Positions 1-8,756 of a DNA stretch of 64,000 bases are shown here, in pieces. The DNA comes from Bacteroidales bacterium (GTDB taxonomy: Bacteria > Bacteroidota > Bacteroidia > Bacteroidales > UBA932). The stretch spans positions 495,317-559,316 of the forward strand of contig JAFROY010000002.1 in the NCBI GenBank assembly GCA_017429425.1, given 5' to 3'. The position numbers were made by a program, and so were the translations under genes. Position 1 is the first letter of the stretch. Each line of letters starts with the position of its first letter. The notes beneath the pieces were generated by a model. That model searched no databases, had not been told where the DNA came from, and saw only the letters and a list, made by a program, of their open reading frames with translations.

Positions 1-43
1 ACCTATTTAACATAATATAAATTGTGTTAAAAACACCATGGTA

Positions 44-3000
44 TTATTTAAGTTGGTTCAAAACCTCTTTTATAGCTGTATCCAGCTGAGGATCAGCCCC
101 CGTAATCTTATCTTTAAATGTATCTTTTACGTAAATATCCGGTTTCACGCCGAGGAATTCCAGATCCTGCCCTGCGTTGTTGTAACATCCCCAGGCCGGC
201 ATGCGCGACGACGAACCGTCAATCAATCCTACCGACGAAGTGAAAATAATCCAGCGATACGTCTCCGTTCCGATCAGTTTTGCAATGCCGAGGGTTTGGA
301 TACCGTTGGACGTCACCTCTGCATCGCTCAGACTGTGCTCGTTGACCAGCACGACGATCGGCTTGTCGGCCGGCGTGATGTTGGGATGCGATACTTTCGG
401 AAAATCGCGGTAACTCCACTGAAAATGTTGCTTTTGTCGCAGAAAATCAATGACTTCCTGATGAACATTACCACCATTGTTATAGCGAAGGTCCAGAATC
501 AGGGCGTCTTTATTCACTGCATACGTGTGCATCTTCATCAGGAAATTATCCAGGTCGTCACCGCCCATTGCACGCATGTGGATATAGGCAATCCGGCCAT
601 TTCCTTTCTTCTCAACCCGCTCTTTACAAGCATCTTCCCACTGTTTGTACTGAAGATTGCGGAATCGCATCTGCGGCATCGTATGCAGCTTGACGTCGAA
701 CTCTTTGCCGCCGCGGGCAAACGTCAGTTTCACCTCGTCTTTCTTCAGCGGTGTGGAGAGATATTTCTCGCGGTTGACCGCCGGATCGATCCGGACGCCG
801 TCCACGGCAACCAGTTTATCGCCCTTTCGGATATCCACTTCCACCTTGTCGGCCTCGGATTCCGGAAGAATCGAATTTACCACGTAAGGATCCTGATTAT
901 CAAATAGAACGCCCGTTATGATGGAATGAATCTTGGTCTCGGTCTTCTCTTCATTGCCGGAAGAGTAGAATCCCAGGTGTGAAGAGTTCAGTTCACCCAG
1001 CAGGTCGGCCATCAGCGTGCGCAACTGGTCGCGGCTCTTGATGTAAGGCAGGAACGCTGCATAACGGTCGCGGACGGCCGTCCAGTCGGCACTGTGGTAT
1101 TTCACGTCGTAGAAGTTCTGGGCAAGGATGGCCCAGGCCTCATAGAACATCTGCGAGAACTCGTCGGAGAGCACTTTTTCCACTTCGATTGAGACCGGAA
1201 CCTCCGTCACGTTGAGCGACATCGGATCGATCTTGTTGATCTTGGAGCGGGAAATGTGGTAAAGCCCCTCTTTGGATCCGAAGAACGAACCCGGCATCAA
1301 ACCTTTGATAGTCTTTGGTTTAGCTTCCGGATCATCAATGTCGAGTGCCCGCACTTCGCGGCCGGCGTTGGAAAAATGGCTGTAGAGCAGCAGCGTCTTT
1401 CCCTTGGCCGGATAGATGTAGGCACCCATCTGCCAACCATTGGATTCGACCATCTCCAGACGGTCAAAAATATCTTTCGGATCAATGCGTACAACCGAAT
1501 CTTTGTCGTTCTTCTTGCCGTCGAACAGCTGGTCGTAGGTATCGGACTTGAACTGCCTGTCGTATTTCTGCAAAGGCAGTTTGAAGAGCCGCCCGCTCGA
1601 TCCGCGCGGGAAAGAACTGCTCGTGGGATTGGCAATCATATAGAGATATTTGCCGTCGGGCGTAAAGACAGGTCCCAGCTCCGTGGAGGCGGAGTTTGTC
1701 AGGTTGGTCACCTTTTTGTCGGCAAGCGAATAGAGGTAAATGTCCGGTTCAAAGCGGTCCATTGCCTCGAAAGCCAGCCACTTGTCGTCCCAGGAGAATG
1801 AGAGCCCGTAATTCGAGAACGACCAGAACTGGGCATCGGAAACCTTTTCAATCGCGCCGGAAGCGGTGTCGTACATCATGACGCTGTTGCTGCCGTCGAT
1901 GAACGCCATCTTGTCACCCTTGTGCGAAAGGGTCAGACTCTTGATGTTGCTCTCCGGGGTATAGATCGGGGTCTCTCCCCCATTTTCGTCAGCCTTGATG
2001 CTGAAGAGTCCGGTCCAGCCTTTCCGGGTGCGCGTGTAGTAGATGGTTTTATTGTCGCTCCCCCACTCCACTTCGTGGACGCGCTCGTCGTTCGGCGTAT
2101 TCAACCGTTTGAAATACTTACCCTTTGCATCTGATATATAAAGAAGTCCACGAATTGCGTAGGCCAACTTCTTTCCATCAGGTGAAACGGCTGCTGCGGA
2201 AGGAGTCTGTTTCTCGAACGAACGGCGGACGGCCGGATCTCCGGAGGCCACAACAATCTGCGGAACGGCATCCGCACCCGTGGCGGGATTCAATACATGG
2301 ATTTCATAATCAAGCAGATAGCATATCTTAGAACCGTTCCATGCAATCCGGGGATACTGCACCGAACTCTCGAAACGGGTCAGCTGTTCCGGTTTGCCGC
2401 CGGAGACGTATTTCACGATATTGGATTCCTGGTTCAGCTCGTCGGAAACGTAGTAGAGCGTACCTTTGGAGTCAACCATGGGCCAGGCGTCCTTGCCTAT
2501 GTAATCGGTCAGTTCGGCATACTGTTTCTTCCTGGGATTCCATGAAATGATATTGGGGTTGTGGTCCCCCACATAGCGCTTTCGGGTCGGGAAATTGATA
2601 CTTTCCGCCGATTCGTTGAAGTAGAAAGTGCCGTTCCTGGGATTCTCCACCAGATTGACGACCGTGGTGAAGTAGCCGTCGAACATCAGCTGCGGCGTAC
2701 CGCCGGTTGCCGCCACCCGGTAAGTGGTCCGACGGGAGCCGGAGCGCTGCGATTCAAAGTAGATGTACTTGGAATCGGGCGACCAGGAGACCGGGAAGTC
2801 GCTGGCCTCGTGGAAAGTAAGCTGTATCGCCTGCCCGCCGGAGAGCGGAATGACGAATACGTCCTGGTTGCCGTTGATATCCGACGAAAAGGCCAGTAGC
2901 TTGCCGTCGGGCGAAACGATCGGATGGTTCTCCTGCCCCTGCATCGCGACCAGGCTCATCGCCCGCCCGCCGGTGGTGGGAACCGTGTAGATATCACCAA

Positions 3001-3124
3001 GATAAGAGAAGTAGAGGGTTTCTCCGTCCGGGGAAAGCGAGGGACGGCTCGCAAATCGGAGATTCTGCCCGTCCGCAGCTATATAGGTCAGCAAAAGGGC
3101 AGTCAGGGTCAGGAAACGTTTCAT
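44..3124 (-). CDS. Tricorn-protease-like secreted S41 peptidase (beta-propeller repeats + PDZ + S41 core)
   Basis: 1026-aa ORF with ATG at 3124 and an N-terminal signal-like MKRFLTLTALLL. Repeated SPDGKxLAF / SPDGKKLAY propeller-type segments. The C-terminal LILDLRYNNGGN block is typical of S41/tricorn cores. Confidence 0.85.
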   Translation of the reverse strand: MKRFLTLTALLLTYIAADGQNLRFASRPSLSPDGETLYFSYLGDIYTVPTTGGRAMSLVAMQGQENHPIVSPDGKLLAFSSDINGNQDVFVIPLSGGQAIQLTFHEASDFPVSWSPDSKYIYFESQRSGSRRTTYRVAATGGTPQLMFDGYFTTVVNLVENPRNGTFYFNESAESINFPTRKRYVGDHNPNIISWNPRKKQYAELTDYIGKDAWPMVDSKGTLYYVSDELNQESNIVKYVSGGKPEQLTRFESSVQYPRIAWNGSKICYLLDYEIHVLNPATGADAVPQIVVASGDPAVRRSFEKQTPSAAAVSPDGKKLAYAIRGLLYISDAKGKYFKRLNTPNDERVHEVEWGSDNKTIYYTRTRKGWTGLFSIKADENGGETPIYTPESNIKSLTLSHKGDKMAFIDGSNSVMMYDTASGAIEKVSDAQFWSFSNYGLSFSWDDKWLAFEAMDRFEPDIYLYSLADKKVTNLTNSASTELGPVFTPDGKYLYMIANPTSSSFPRGSSGRLFKLPLQKYDRQFKSDTYDQLFDGKKNDKDSVVRIDPKDIFDRLEMVESNGWQMGAYIYPAKGKTLLLYSHFSNAGREVRALDIDDPEAKPKTIKGLMPGSFFGSKEGLYHISRSKINKIDPMSLNVTEVPVSIEVEKVLSDEFSQMFYEAWAILAQNFYDVKYHSADWTAVRDRYAAFLPYIKSRDQLRTLMADLLGELNSSHLGFYSSGNEEKTETKIHSIITGVLFDNQDPYVVNSILPESEADKVEVDIRKGDKLVAVDGVRIDPAVNREKYLSTPLKKDEVKLTFARGGKEFDVKLHTMPQMRFRNLQYKQWEDACKERVEKKGNGRIAYIHMRAMGGDDLDNFLMKMHTYAVNKDALILDLRYNNGGNVHQEVIDFLRQKQHFQWSYRDFPKVSHPNITPADKPIVVLVNEHSLSDAEVTSNGIQTLGIAKLIGTETYRWIIFTSSVGLIDGSSSRMPAWGCYNNAGQDLEFLGVKPDIYVKDTFKDKITGADPQLDTAIKEVLNQLK

Positions 3125-3129
3125 ACAGG

Positions 3130-4395
3130 TTATTCGAGATTGTGTTTTTTCAGTTGTCTTACGATTTTGCGGATGATGGCTTCGATGTCCGTATCCGGTT
3201 CGATCACGTTATAGTTTTCCCAGAAATTATCGTCGGTAAATGCGGAGACTTTCTCCGTCAGCTGGTCCCGGAAGCGGACGCGTGCATCTTTTTCAATCAC
3301 GGCGGGGACCGTCTTGTGGTCCGTAACGGCGATTTCCGACATGATGGTGTAGTGGTTCTTGAACAGGGCGTATTTTCTCCGGGATTCAAACTTCAGCTCC
3401 ATCTTGGCATAGTCGTAATACCACTTACCGTCAACAAGTTTGTAATTGACGGAATAGGCTGCACTCTCGACCTCGAAACGCGTATTTCGGGGCCTGCGCA
3501 CCAGAAAGATGGGGACGGCGTCCTCCCTGCCCTCTACGTTCATCCACATGTCAACGTGGCCGATGGCCAGGCTCTCGCTGTCTATGAAGACCTTGCCGCG
3601 CATGTAGATGTCGTCCATTACGGGTTTCTGGTTGAAAGCGACCACATAAAACATGCGGTCATCCTGGTAGACGGCCGGTTCCATCGTGAATTCGTAATAG
3701 GCCGGGACGTTCTGGACGGAAACGGTGGCAAAGGGATACTTTGCCTGGTCGATCTCGAGGATCGAGACAATACCGCCCTGGTAGCGGATAAAGAGCGTGT
3801 CGGACGAATCATAATTCAGGCTTCCGCGGCCCTTGTATATTCCAATCCGGTCCGACTGATACGAGGTATAGGGAGCCTTGTCTATATCCAGGATCGCCTC
3901 GTTCATGGTGAGGTATTTCGTGTTCCCCTTCTTGACCATTTCCCGGTAAAAAGCGGTCATTCCCACGTGTTTATCAGGGTAATTCTGCTTGATCCGGTCC
4001 AGGGCGGCCATCAGCAGTTCGCCGGGATCCTGTGCCCGGACCAGTGCGGGATCGAGCGTCAGCGAGACCGGTTGCAGCCTGATGGTCAGTGGTTTATCAG
4101 AACCGGTAGGAAAATCCGAAATCTTGCACGTAGAGGTGGCGTAGCCGAGATAACTGACGGTCAGCAGGGCGTCCGGAGATGTCTCGGCGCCAACTTTCAG
4201 GGTAAAGAAGCCTTCGGCATTCGTAACATTGGAAATGCCGGTTCCAACCAGATTGATGGAGGCATAGTGCAGCGGCTTACCGCTGCGCGCATCCACGACC
4301 TTTCCGGCGACAGTCTGGAAATCCCCATTCTGCGCCAGGAGCACCTGTGCCGCAAATAGCAGCATGACAGACAGATAGAAAGAGATCTTTTTCAT
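3130..4395 (-). CDS. Carboxypeptidase-like regulatory-domain protein, secreted, function unknown
   Basis: 421 aa with a signal peptide (MKKISFYLSVMLLFAAQVLLAQ). GKVVDARSGKPLHYASINLVGTGISNVTNAEGFFTL matches the CarboxypepD_reg fold. A -7 box lies 25 nt upstream. Confidence 0.7.
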   Translation of the reverse strand: MKKISFYLSVMLLFAAQVLLAQNGDFQTVAGKVVDARSGKPLHYASINLVGTGISNVTNAEGFFTLKVGAETSPDALLTVSYLGYATSTCKISDFPTGSDKPLTIRLQPVSLTLDPALVRAQDPGELLMAALDRIKQNYPDKHVGMTAFYREMVKKGNTKYLTMNEAILDIDKAPYTSYQSDRIGIYKGRGSLNYDSSDTLFIRYQGGIVSILEIDQAKYPFATVSVQNVPAYYEFTMEPAVYQDDRMFYVVAFNQKPVMDDIYMRGKVFIDSESLAIGHVDMWMNVEGREDAVPIFLVRRPRNTRFEVESAAYSVNYKLVDGKWYYDYAKMELKFESRRKYALFKNHYTIMSEIAVTDHKTVPAVIEKDARVRFRDQLTEKVSAFTDDNFWENYNVIEPDTDIEAIIRKIVRQLKKHNLE

Positions 4396-4420
4396 CGGGA
4401 CGCAATTTTAACCGTTTTCA

Positions 4421-4428
4421 CAAAGATA
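4421..4428 (-). promoter_or_regulatory. Bacteroidota sigma-A -7 box (TATCTTTG on minus strand)
   Basis: Matches the TAnnTTTG consensus, 25 nt upstream of ATG 4395. Confidence 0.45.
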
Positions 4429-4442
4429 GGGAAATAATTGGT

Positions 4443-4450
4443 TATCTTTG
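4443..4450 (+). promoter_or_regulatory. Bacteroidota -7 box TATCTTTG for rlmD
   Basis: TAnnTTTG 19 nt upstream of ATG 4470. Confidence 0.5.
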
Positions 4451-4469
4451 CGCAGCAAAACTATTTTTT

Positions 4470-5930
4470 ATGAGCCGCAAACCGAAACCGTTTCTGGAAG
4501 GCGTCCGGATGGAATCCGTGGCCGCTGAAGGCAACTCCCTGGCCCATGTGAACGGCAAGGTTTTGTTCGTTTCGCAGACAATGCCGGGCGACCTGGTGGA
4601 CGTACAGGTCAACAAGGTCCGAAAGGGCTATATGGAAGGTTACGTGGTCCGGATGGTGGAGCCCTCCCCCGACCGGATTGCCCCGTTCTGCAGCCATTTC
4701 GGCGTTTGCGGCGGCTGTTCGTGGCAGTTTATGCCCTATCAGCAGCAGTTGGACTTCAAGCGGCAGCAGGTGGTGGACCAGCTGGTCCGGATCGGCCATC
4801 TGGACATTCCTCAAGTCCGCCCTACCCTCAGTTCCGAGCGCATTACGGAATACCGCAACAAGCTGGAATTCACCTTTTCACGGCGGCGCTGGGTGCTTAC
4901 GGGTGAAGATCCTGAAGCGCTTTCAGATACGCAGCGGCTGGGACTGGGCTTTCACGTTTTAGGCTTTTTCGACAAGGTGCTCGATATTGAACACTGTCAT
5001 CTGCAGGGCGGACCATCCAATGCCATTCGCCTTTTTATCAAGCAGTACGCGGTTGATAACAACCTCTCGTTCTTTGACCTGCGCGAGCAAAAGGGCTTTT
5101 TGCGCAATGTAACGGTCCGCACTGCTTCGACCGGGGAAGTTATGCTTTTGGTGGCGTTCGGCCCCGAGGCGCTCGAAAAAGGGGCAAAAAAGCGCATATC
5201 TGCCCTGCTTGATGCGATTGCCGCTCGTTTTCCGGAGATTACGTCTCTCTATTACGTGGTGAATCCCAAATGCAACGACGCCCTGGGAGATCTTTCCTGT
5301 ACCCTGTACGCCGGGAATGAGGCCATTTACGAGCAGATGGAGTCGCTTCGCTTCAAGATCGGTCCCAAATCTTTCTACCAGACAAATTCCGCGCAGGCCT
5401 ACCGCCTCTACGGCGTTGTCCGCGACCGCGTACGCGAAGCGATTGCCAGTTTACAGATGTATAATAATGCTGCTGGAGGCTCCTGGAAACCGGTTATATA
5501 CGATTTGTACACCGGTACGGGAACCATCGCGCTCTTCCTGTCTTCGCTCGCAGCAAAGGTAATCGGAATCGAATATGTGCCCGAGGCGATCGAAGATGCC
5601 AAGGTCAATGCCGCTGAAAACGGGATTACGAACGCGGAATTCGTGGCCGGCGATATGAAAGATATCCTCACAAGAGAGTTTATCGAAGTGCACGGTACCC
5701 CCGATATCGTGGTTCTGGACCCTCCCAGGGCCGGTATTCACCCCGACGTAGCGCAAGTACTGCTGGAAGCCGCCCCCAAACGGATGGTCTATGTCAGCTG
5801 CAATCCCGCCACCCAGGCCCGCGACCTGGCCATATTCGCTCCGCAATACGATATTGATTTCGTGCAGCCGGTAGATATGTTCCCCCACACCACCCACGTG
5901 GAAAACGTGGTCAGTCTCGTACGCAAATGA
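4470..5930 (+). CDS. rlmD: 23S rRNA (uracil-5-)-methyltransferase RlmD/RumA
   Basis: TRAM-like N-terminus, Fe-S cysteine cluster CSHFGVCGGCSWQ, SAM-MTase blocks DLYTGTGTIAL and VLDPPRAG, and C-terminal YVSCNPAT. Confidence 0.85.
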   Translation: MSRKPKPFLEGVRMESVAAEGNSLAHVNGKVLFVSQTMPGDLVDVQVNKVRKGYMEGYVVRMVEPSPDRIAPFCSHFGVCGGCSWQFMPYQQQLDFKRQQVVDQLVRIGHLDIPQVRPTLSSERITEYRNKLEFTFSRRRWVLTGEDPEALSDTQRLGLGFHVLGFFDKVLDIEHCHLQGGPSNAIRLFIKQYAVDNNLSFFDLREQKGFLRNVTVRTASTGEVMLLVAFGPEALEKGAKKRISALLDAIAARFPEITSLYYVVNPKCNDALGDLSCTLYAGNEAIYEQMESLRFKIGPKSFYQTNSAQAYRLYGVVRDRVREAIASLQMYNNAAGGSWKPVIYDLYTGTGTIALFLSSLAAKVIGIEYVPEAIEDAKVNAAENGITNAEFVAGDMKDILTREFIEVHGTPDIVVLDPPRAGIHPDVAQVLLEAAPKRMVYVSCNPATQARDLAIFAPQYDIDFVQPVDMFPHTTHVENVVSLVRK

Positions 5931-7216
5931 TCCGTCTTTATACGCTTACTTCCGATTTGCACCGGGAAATGACAGCCTGCGCTGCCGACGAACCTTTCAT
6001 CCAGGCCATTCAAAACGCACTTGGCGAGGCTTTTATCTACCGGGGCGAAGATTACTCCGATTACGGCTCCGGAGACGCCATGGACTTGATTTATGTCCGT
6101 ACAGGCGGCACGGAAGGCTTGTTCCTCAAGGAATTCCGGCCGGATTGGATGAAGGTACGGCTGTTGGCAAGCGGTGAAAGCAACTCCCTGGCGGCCTCGA
6201 TGGAGATTCTCTCGTTCCTGAACCGGAACGGCCTCTCCGGCGAAATCCTGCACGGTACGCCTCAGGAGATTGCCGCCCGCCTGAAAGGCAGCGCCTCCTG
6301 CCCTTCTGCGGATTTCATCAAGCCTTTACACCCCTCAAAGATTCTTGCCGGCACACGCTACGGCGTGATCGGAAAACCTTCTGACTGGCTGATCAGCAGC
6401 GATGTAGACTACGCCAAAGCCAAAGAAGTGCTTGGAGCCGAGCTCATAGATATTCCTATCGAGGAATTAGTGTCTATCTGGAAGGAATCTGCCGCTACGG
6501 CTACGGAGTTCCGCACGGCGGAATGGAAAGAGCCTTCGGCGAATTCCGCCTTAGCGGATTCTCCTTGCCGATACGCGGCAAATGCGCTCAAGCCGTTAAA
6601 CGTTCCCAAGTACGGTAATCCTATTTCGGAAGCGGCGTTCGAGAAGGCTGTACGGGTCTATAAAGCCCTGTGTACAATCATAGACAAGTATAAGCTTAAC
6701 GGACTGACGTTACGGTGTTTCGACCTGCTCACTTCAATCGGCACTACCGGTTGCCTGGGACTGGCGCTGTTGAACAGTCAAGGGATTGTCGCCACCTGTG
6801 AAGGAGATGTTCCGGCGATGCTTTCGATGGCCGTGGCGCAGCGCGTAACGGGTACACCCGGGTTTCAGGTCAATCTTTCGAGGATTACCGGCGATGACCT
6901 GCTGTTCGCCCACTGCACCGTTCCGCTCAATATCGTCCGGGATTACTGCTACGACACCCATTTCGAATCGGGAATCGGCGTAGCCGTCCACGGCGAGTTC
7001 ACAGAAGGCCCCATGACCCTCTTCAAGATTGGAGCTAAGCTGGACAACTTTGTAGCAGAAGATGTTACGCTTACCGCGAACCAATACGGCGACAACCTCT
7101 GCCGCACGCAGGTTCACATTCAGGGACCGGGACTGTCAGGTTATCTGCTCCGCAACCCGCTCGGCAACCACCACATCCTCCTCCCCGGCCATCACGCCAA
7201 GGATCTCTCTCGCTAG
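5927..7216 (+). CDS. L-fucose/L-arabinose isomerase-family protein (short form)
   Basis: 429 aa. Its ATG overlaps the rlmD stop (ATGA at 5927-5930). The C-terminal half (TCEGDVPAMLSM ... GNHHILLPGHH) resembles the sugar isomerase family. The family call is from memory only. Confidence 0.45.
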   Translation: MIRLYTLTSDLHREMTACAADEPFIQAIQNALGEAFIYRGEDYSDYGSGDAMDLIYVRTGGTEGLFLKEFRPDWMKVRLLASGESNSLAASMEILSFLNRNGLSGEILHGTPQEIAARLKGSASCPSADFIKPLHPSKILAGTRYGVIGKPSDWLISSDVDYAKAKEVLGAELIDIPIEELVSIWKESAATATEFRTAEWKEPSANSALADSPCRYAANALKPLNVPKYGNPISEAAFEKAVRVYKALCTIIDKYKLNGLTLRCFDLLTSIGTTGCLGLALLNSQGIVATCEGDVPAMLSMAVAQRVTGTPGFQVNLSRITGDDLLFAHCTVPLNIVRDYCYDTHFESGIGVAVHGEFTEGPMTLFKIGAKLDNFVAEDVTLTANQYGDNLCRTQVHIQGPGLSGYLLRNPLGNHHILLPGHHAKDLSR

Positions 7217-8751
7217 AAGCCCATTCCGAACTGGAGCCAGTATTTGTCTTCCAGGAGTTTCCAGCGGCGGACGCCTTCCTGGTAGATGTATTCGGTGTAG
7301 GCGTTCAGTGCGGCGGTAGAAGTTCCGGCAACGGGAAGGCCACCCAGGGCCAATTCTTCCATCTTAAGGATTTCTTCGTTGAACCCCTTTTTTGTGGTCT
7401 GCCAAGAGAGGGTAGCAAGTTTGTTGGCACGACGGAACTGCCAGAGTGCACAATCGGGCACATATTGCTTCTGGCCGCAGGTTTCGAAGGCTTTCGGGAG
7501 CTGCGTGGTACCGCAGAATACCGGAACGCGAGGGCTCTGGCCGGGATTGTCCAGGGAAAGCCAGCATACGCCGCCCACCTCGTCAGGAAGCCAGTTGCGA
7601 AGCTGCGTGATATGCGAATAAGCACACCAGGCTACGGCTACGGTGCGGCGGAAAACGACCGTTCCGGGGGCGATGGTATTGAGAGTGTTCCGTAGGGTCG
7701 TTGTCAGCCAGGGGTTGGCGACGGGACTCACGACGGTGTCTGCCGGATGCTGCTTGTTGGCGGGACGGGCCATCTTGACGTTCTGCGTCATGTCGAAGTC
7801 CGTTCCCTCATAGGTTTCGCGATAGAGCGCCATCACCTCCTGGACGGTAACAGGCTTCTCCGGCTTGACGGAGAAGGGAATCTCGTCCATATCGTAGGTG
7901 AGCTTGAGCGAGGGGGCGAAGTGGTTCAGGATGAACCAGTCGCGATCGTGGAAATTGCGGCCCTTGGCATAGTCGGTATTGAAGCATTTCCAGAAGATGA
8001 AGGTGCCCTTCCCATCCCAGAGCCCGTTCTCGAAAGCAACCTGCTCTACGTTGGAAGAAGCCATTATATCCTTGTTCTTACGGTCGATCCGGCCGATTCG
8101 GGGGATGTTGGCCGATATGGCTACGTGATCGTCAGGAACCCGCTGTGCGACCCAGGCAGCACCGATTCTGTTTTTGCCGATACCCACAATCTCAAACTGC
8201 CAGACCTCGTTCTTGTCGGCTACCGTCAGACATTCACCGCCGTCACCGTAGCCATACTTTTCCGCCAGGGAACCCATCAGGCGGATGGCGTCACGGGCGT
8301 TGTCGCAACGCTGCAGTGCGACTCTTTCCAACTCCTCGATGGTGAACCATCCGGCTTCGTTTACAAGTGTATCCGGTCCGCCGAAGGTGGTTTCGCCGAT
8401 TGCTAACTGCTTCTCATTCAGGCAGGGATAGGCAGTATTAAGGTAAGCGTAGGTATGCGCAACCTCGGGGATCTCCCCCATCAGTTTCACACCCGTCGTG
8501 TCACCGCGGAACTTGGTCTGCATGGTGCCGCGAAGGATCTGATGCATGGTACCGGGTTCGTGGTCGGCGGCGGGTTCCATCTGGACCCAGGTACGGTAGC
8601 GGCCGTCGCAGGTGTGCGAAGTGATGACCGAACCGTCTGCAGAGGCCTTCCGGCCTACCATAATGGAGGTACAGCTCTGTCCGTCATACTCCTGAGCGGA
8701 GAGCGGGAAGAAGATGACAAGCGATACGAAAAGTGCAAGGATTTTCTTCAT
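7213..8751 (-). CDS. Peptidase family C69 dipeptidase, secreted
   Basis: A signal peptide is followed by QSCTSIMVGRKASADGSVITSHTCDG, the C69 nucleophile-Cys block. The track start at 8760 is TTG, so I use ATG 8751 (MKKILALF). Confidence 0.85.
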   Translation of the reverse strand: MKKILALFVSLVIFFPLSAQEYDGQSCTSIMVGRKASADGSVITSHTCDGRYRTWVQMEPAADHEPGTMHQILRGTMQTKFRGDTTGVKLMGEIPEVAHTYAYLNTAYPCLNEKQLAIGETTFGGPDTLVNEAGWFTIEELERVALQRCDNARDAIRLMGSLAEKYGYGDGGECLTVADKNEVWQFEIVGIGKNRIGAAWVAQRVPDDHVAISANIPRIGRIDRKNKDIMASSNVEQVAFENGLWDGKGTFIFWKCFNTDYAKGRNFHDRDWFILNHFAPSLKLTYDMDEIPFSVKPEKPVTVQEVMALYRETYEGTDFDMTQNVKMARPANKQHPADTVVSPVANPWLTTTLRNTLNTIAPGTVVFRRTVAVAWCAYSHITQLRNWLPDEVGGVCWLSLDNPGQSPRVPVFCGTTQLPKAFETCGQKQYVPDCALWQFRRANKLATLSWQTTKKGFNEEILKMEELALGGLPVAGTSTAALNAYTEYIYQEGVRRWKLLEDKYWLQFGMGF

Positions 8752-8756
8752 AACAA

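Noticed and set aside
38-907. 289-aa plus-strand ORF at the left edge
   Set aside because: It lies entirely inside and antisense to the S41 core of the tricorn-like gene, and it has no motif.
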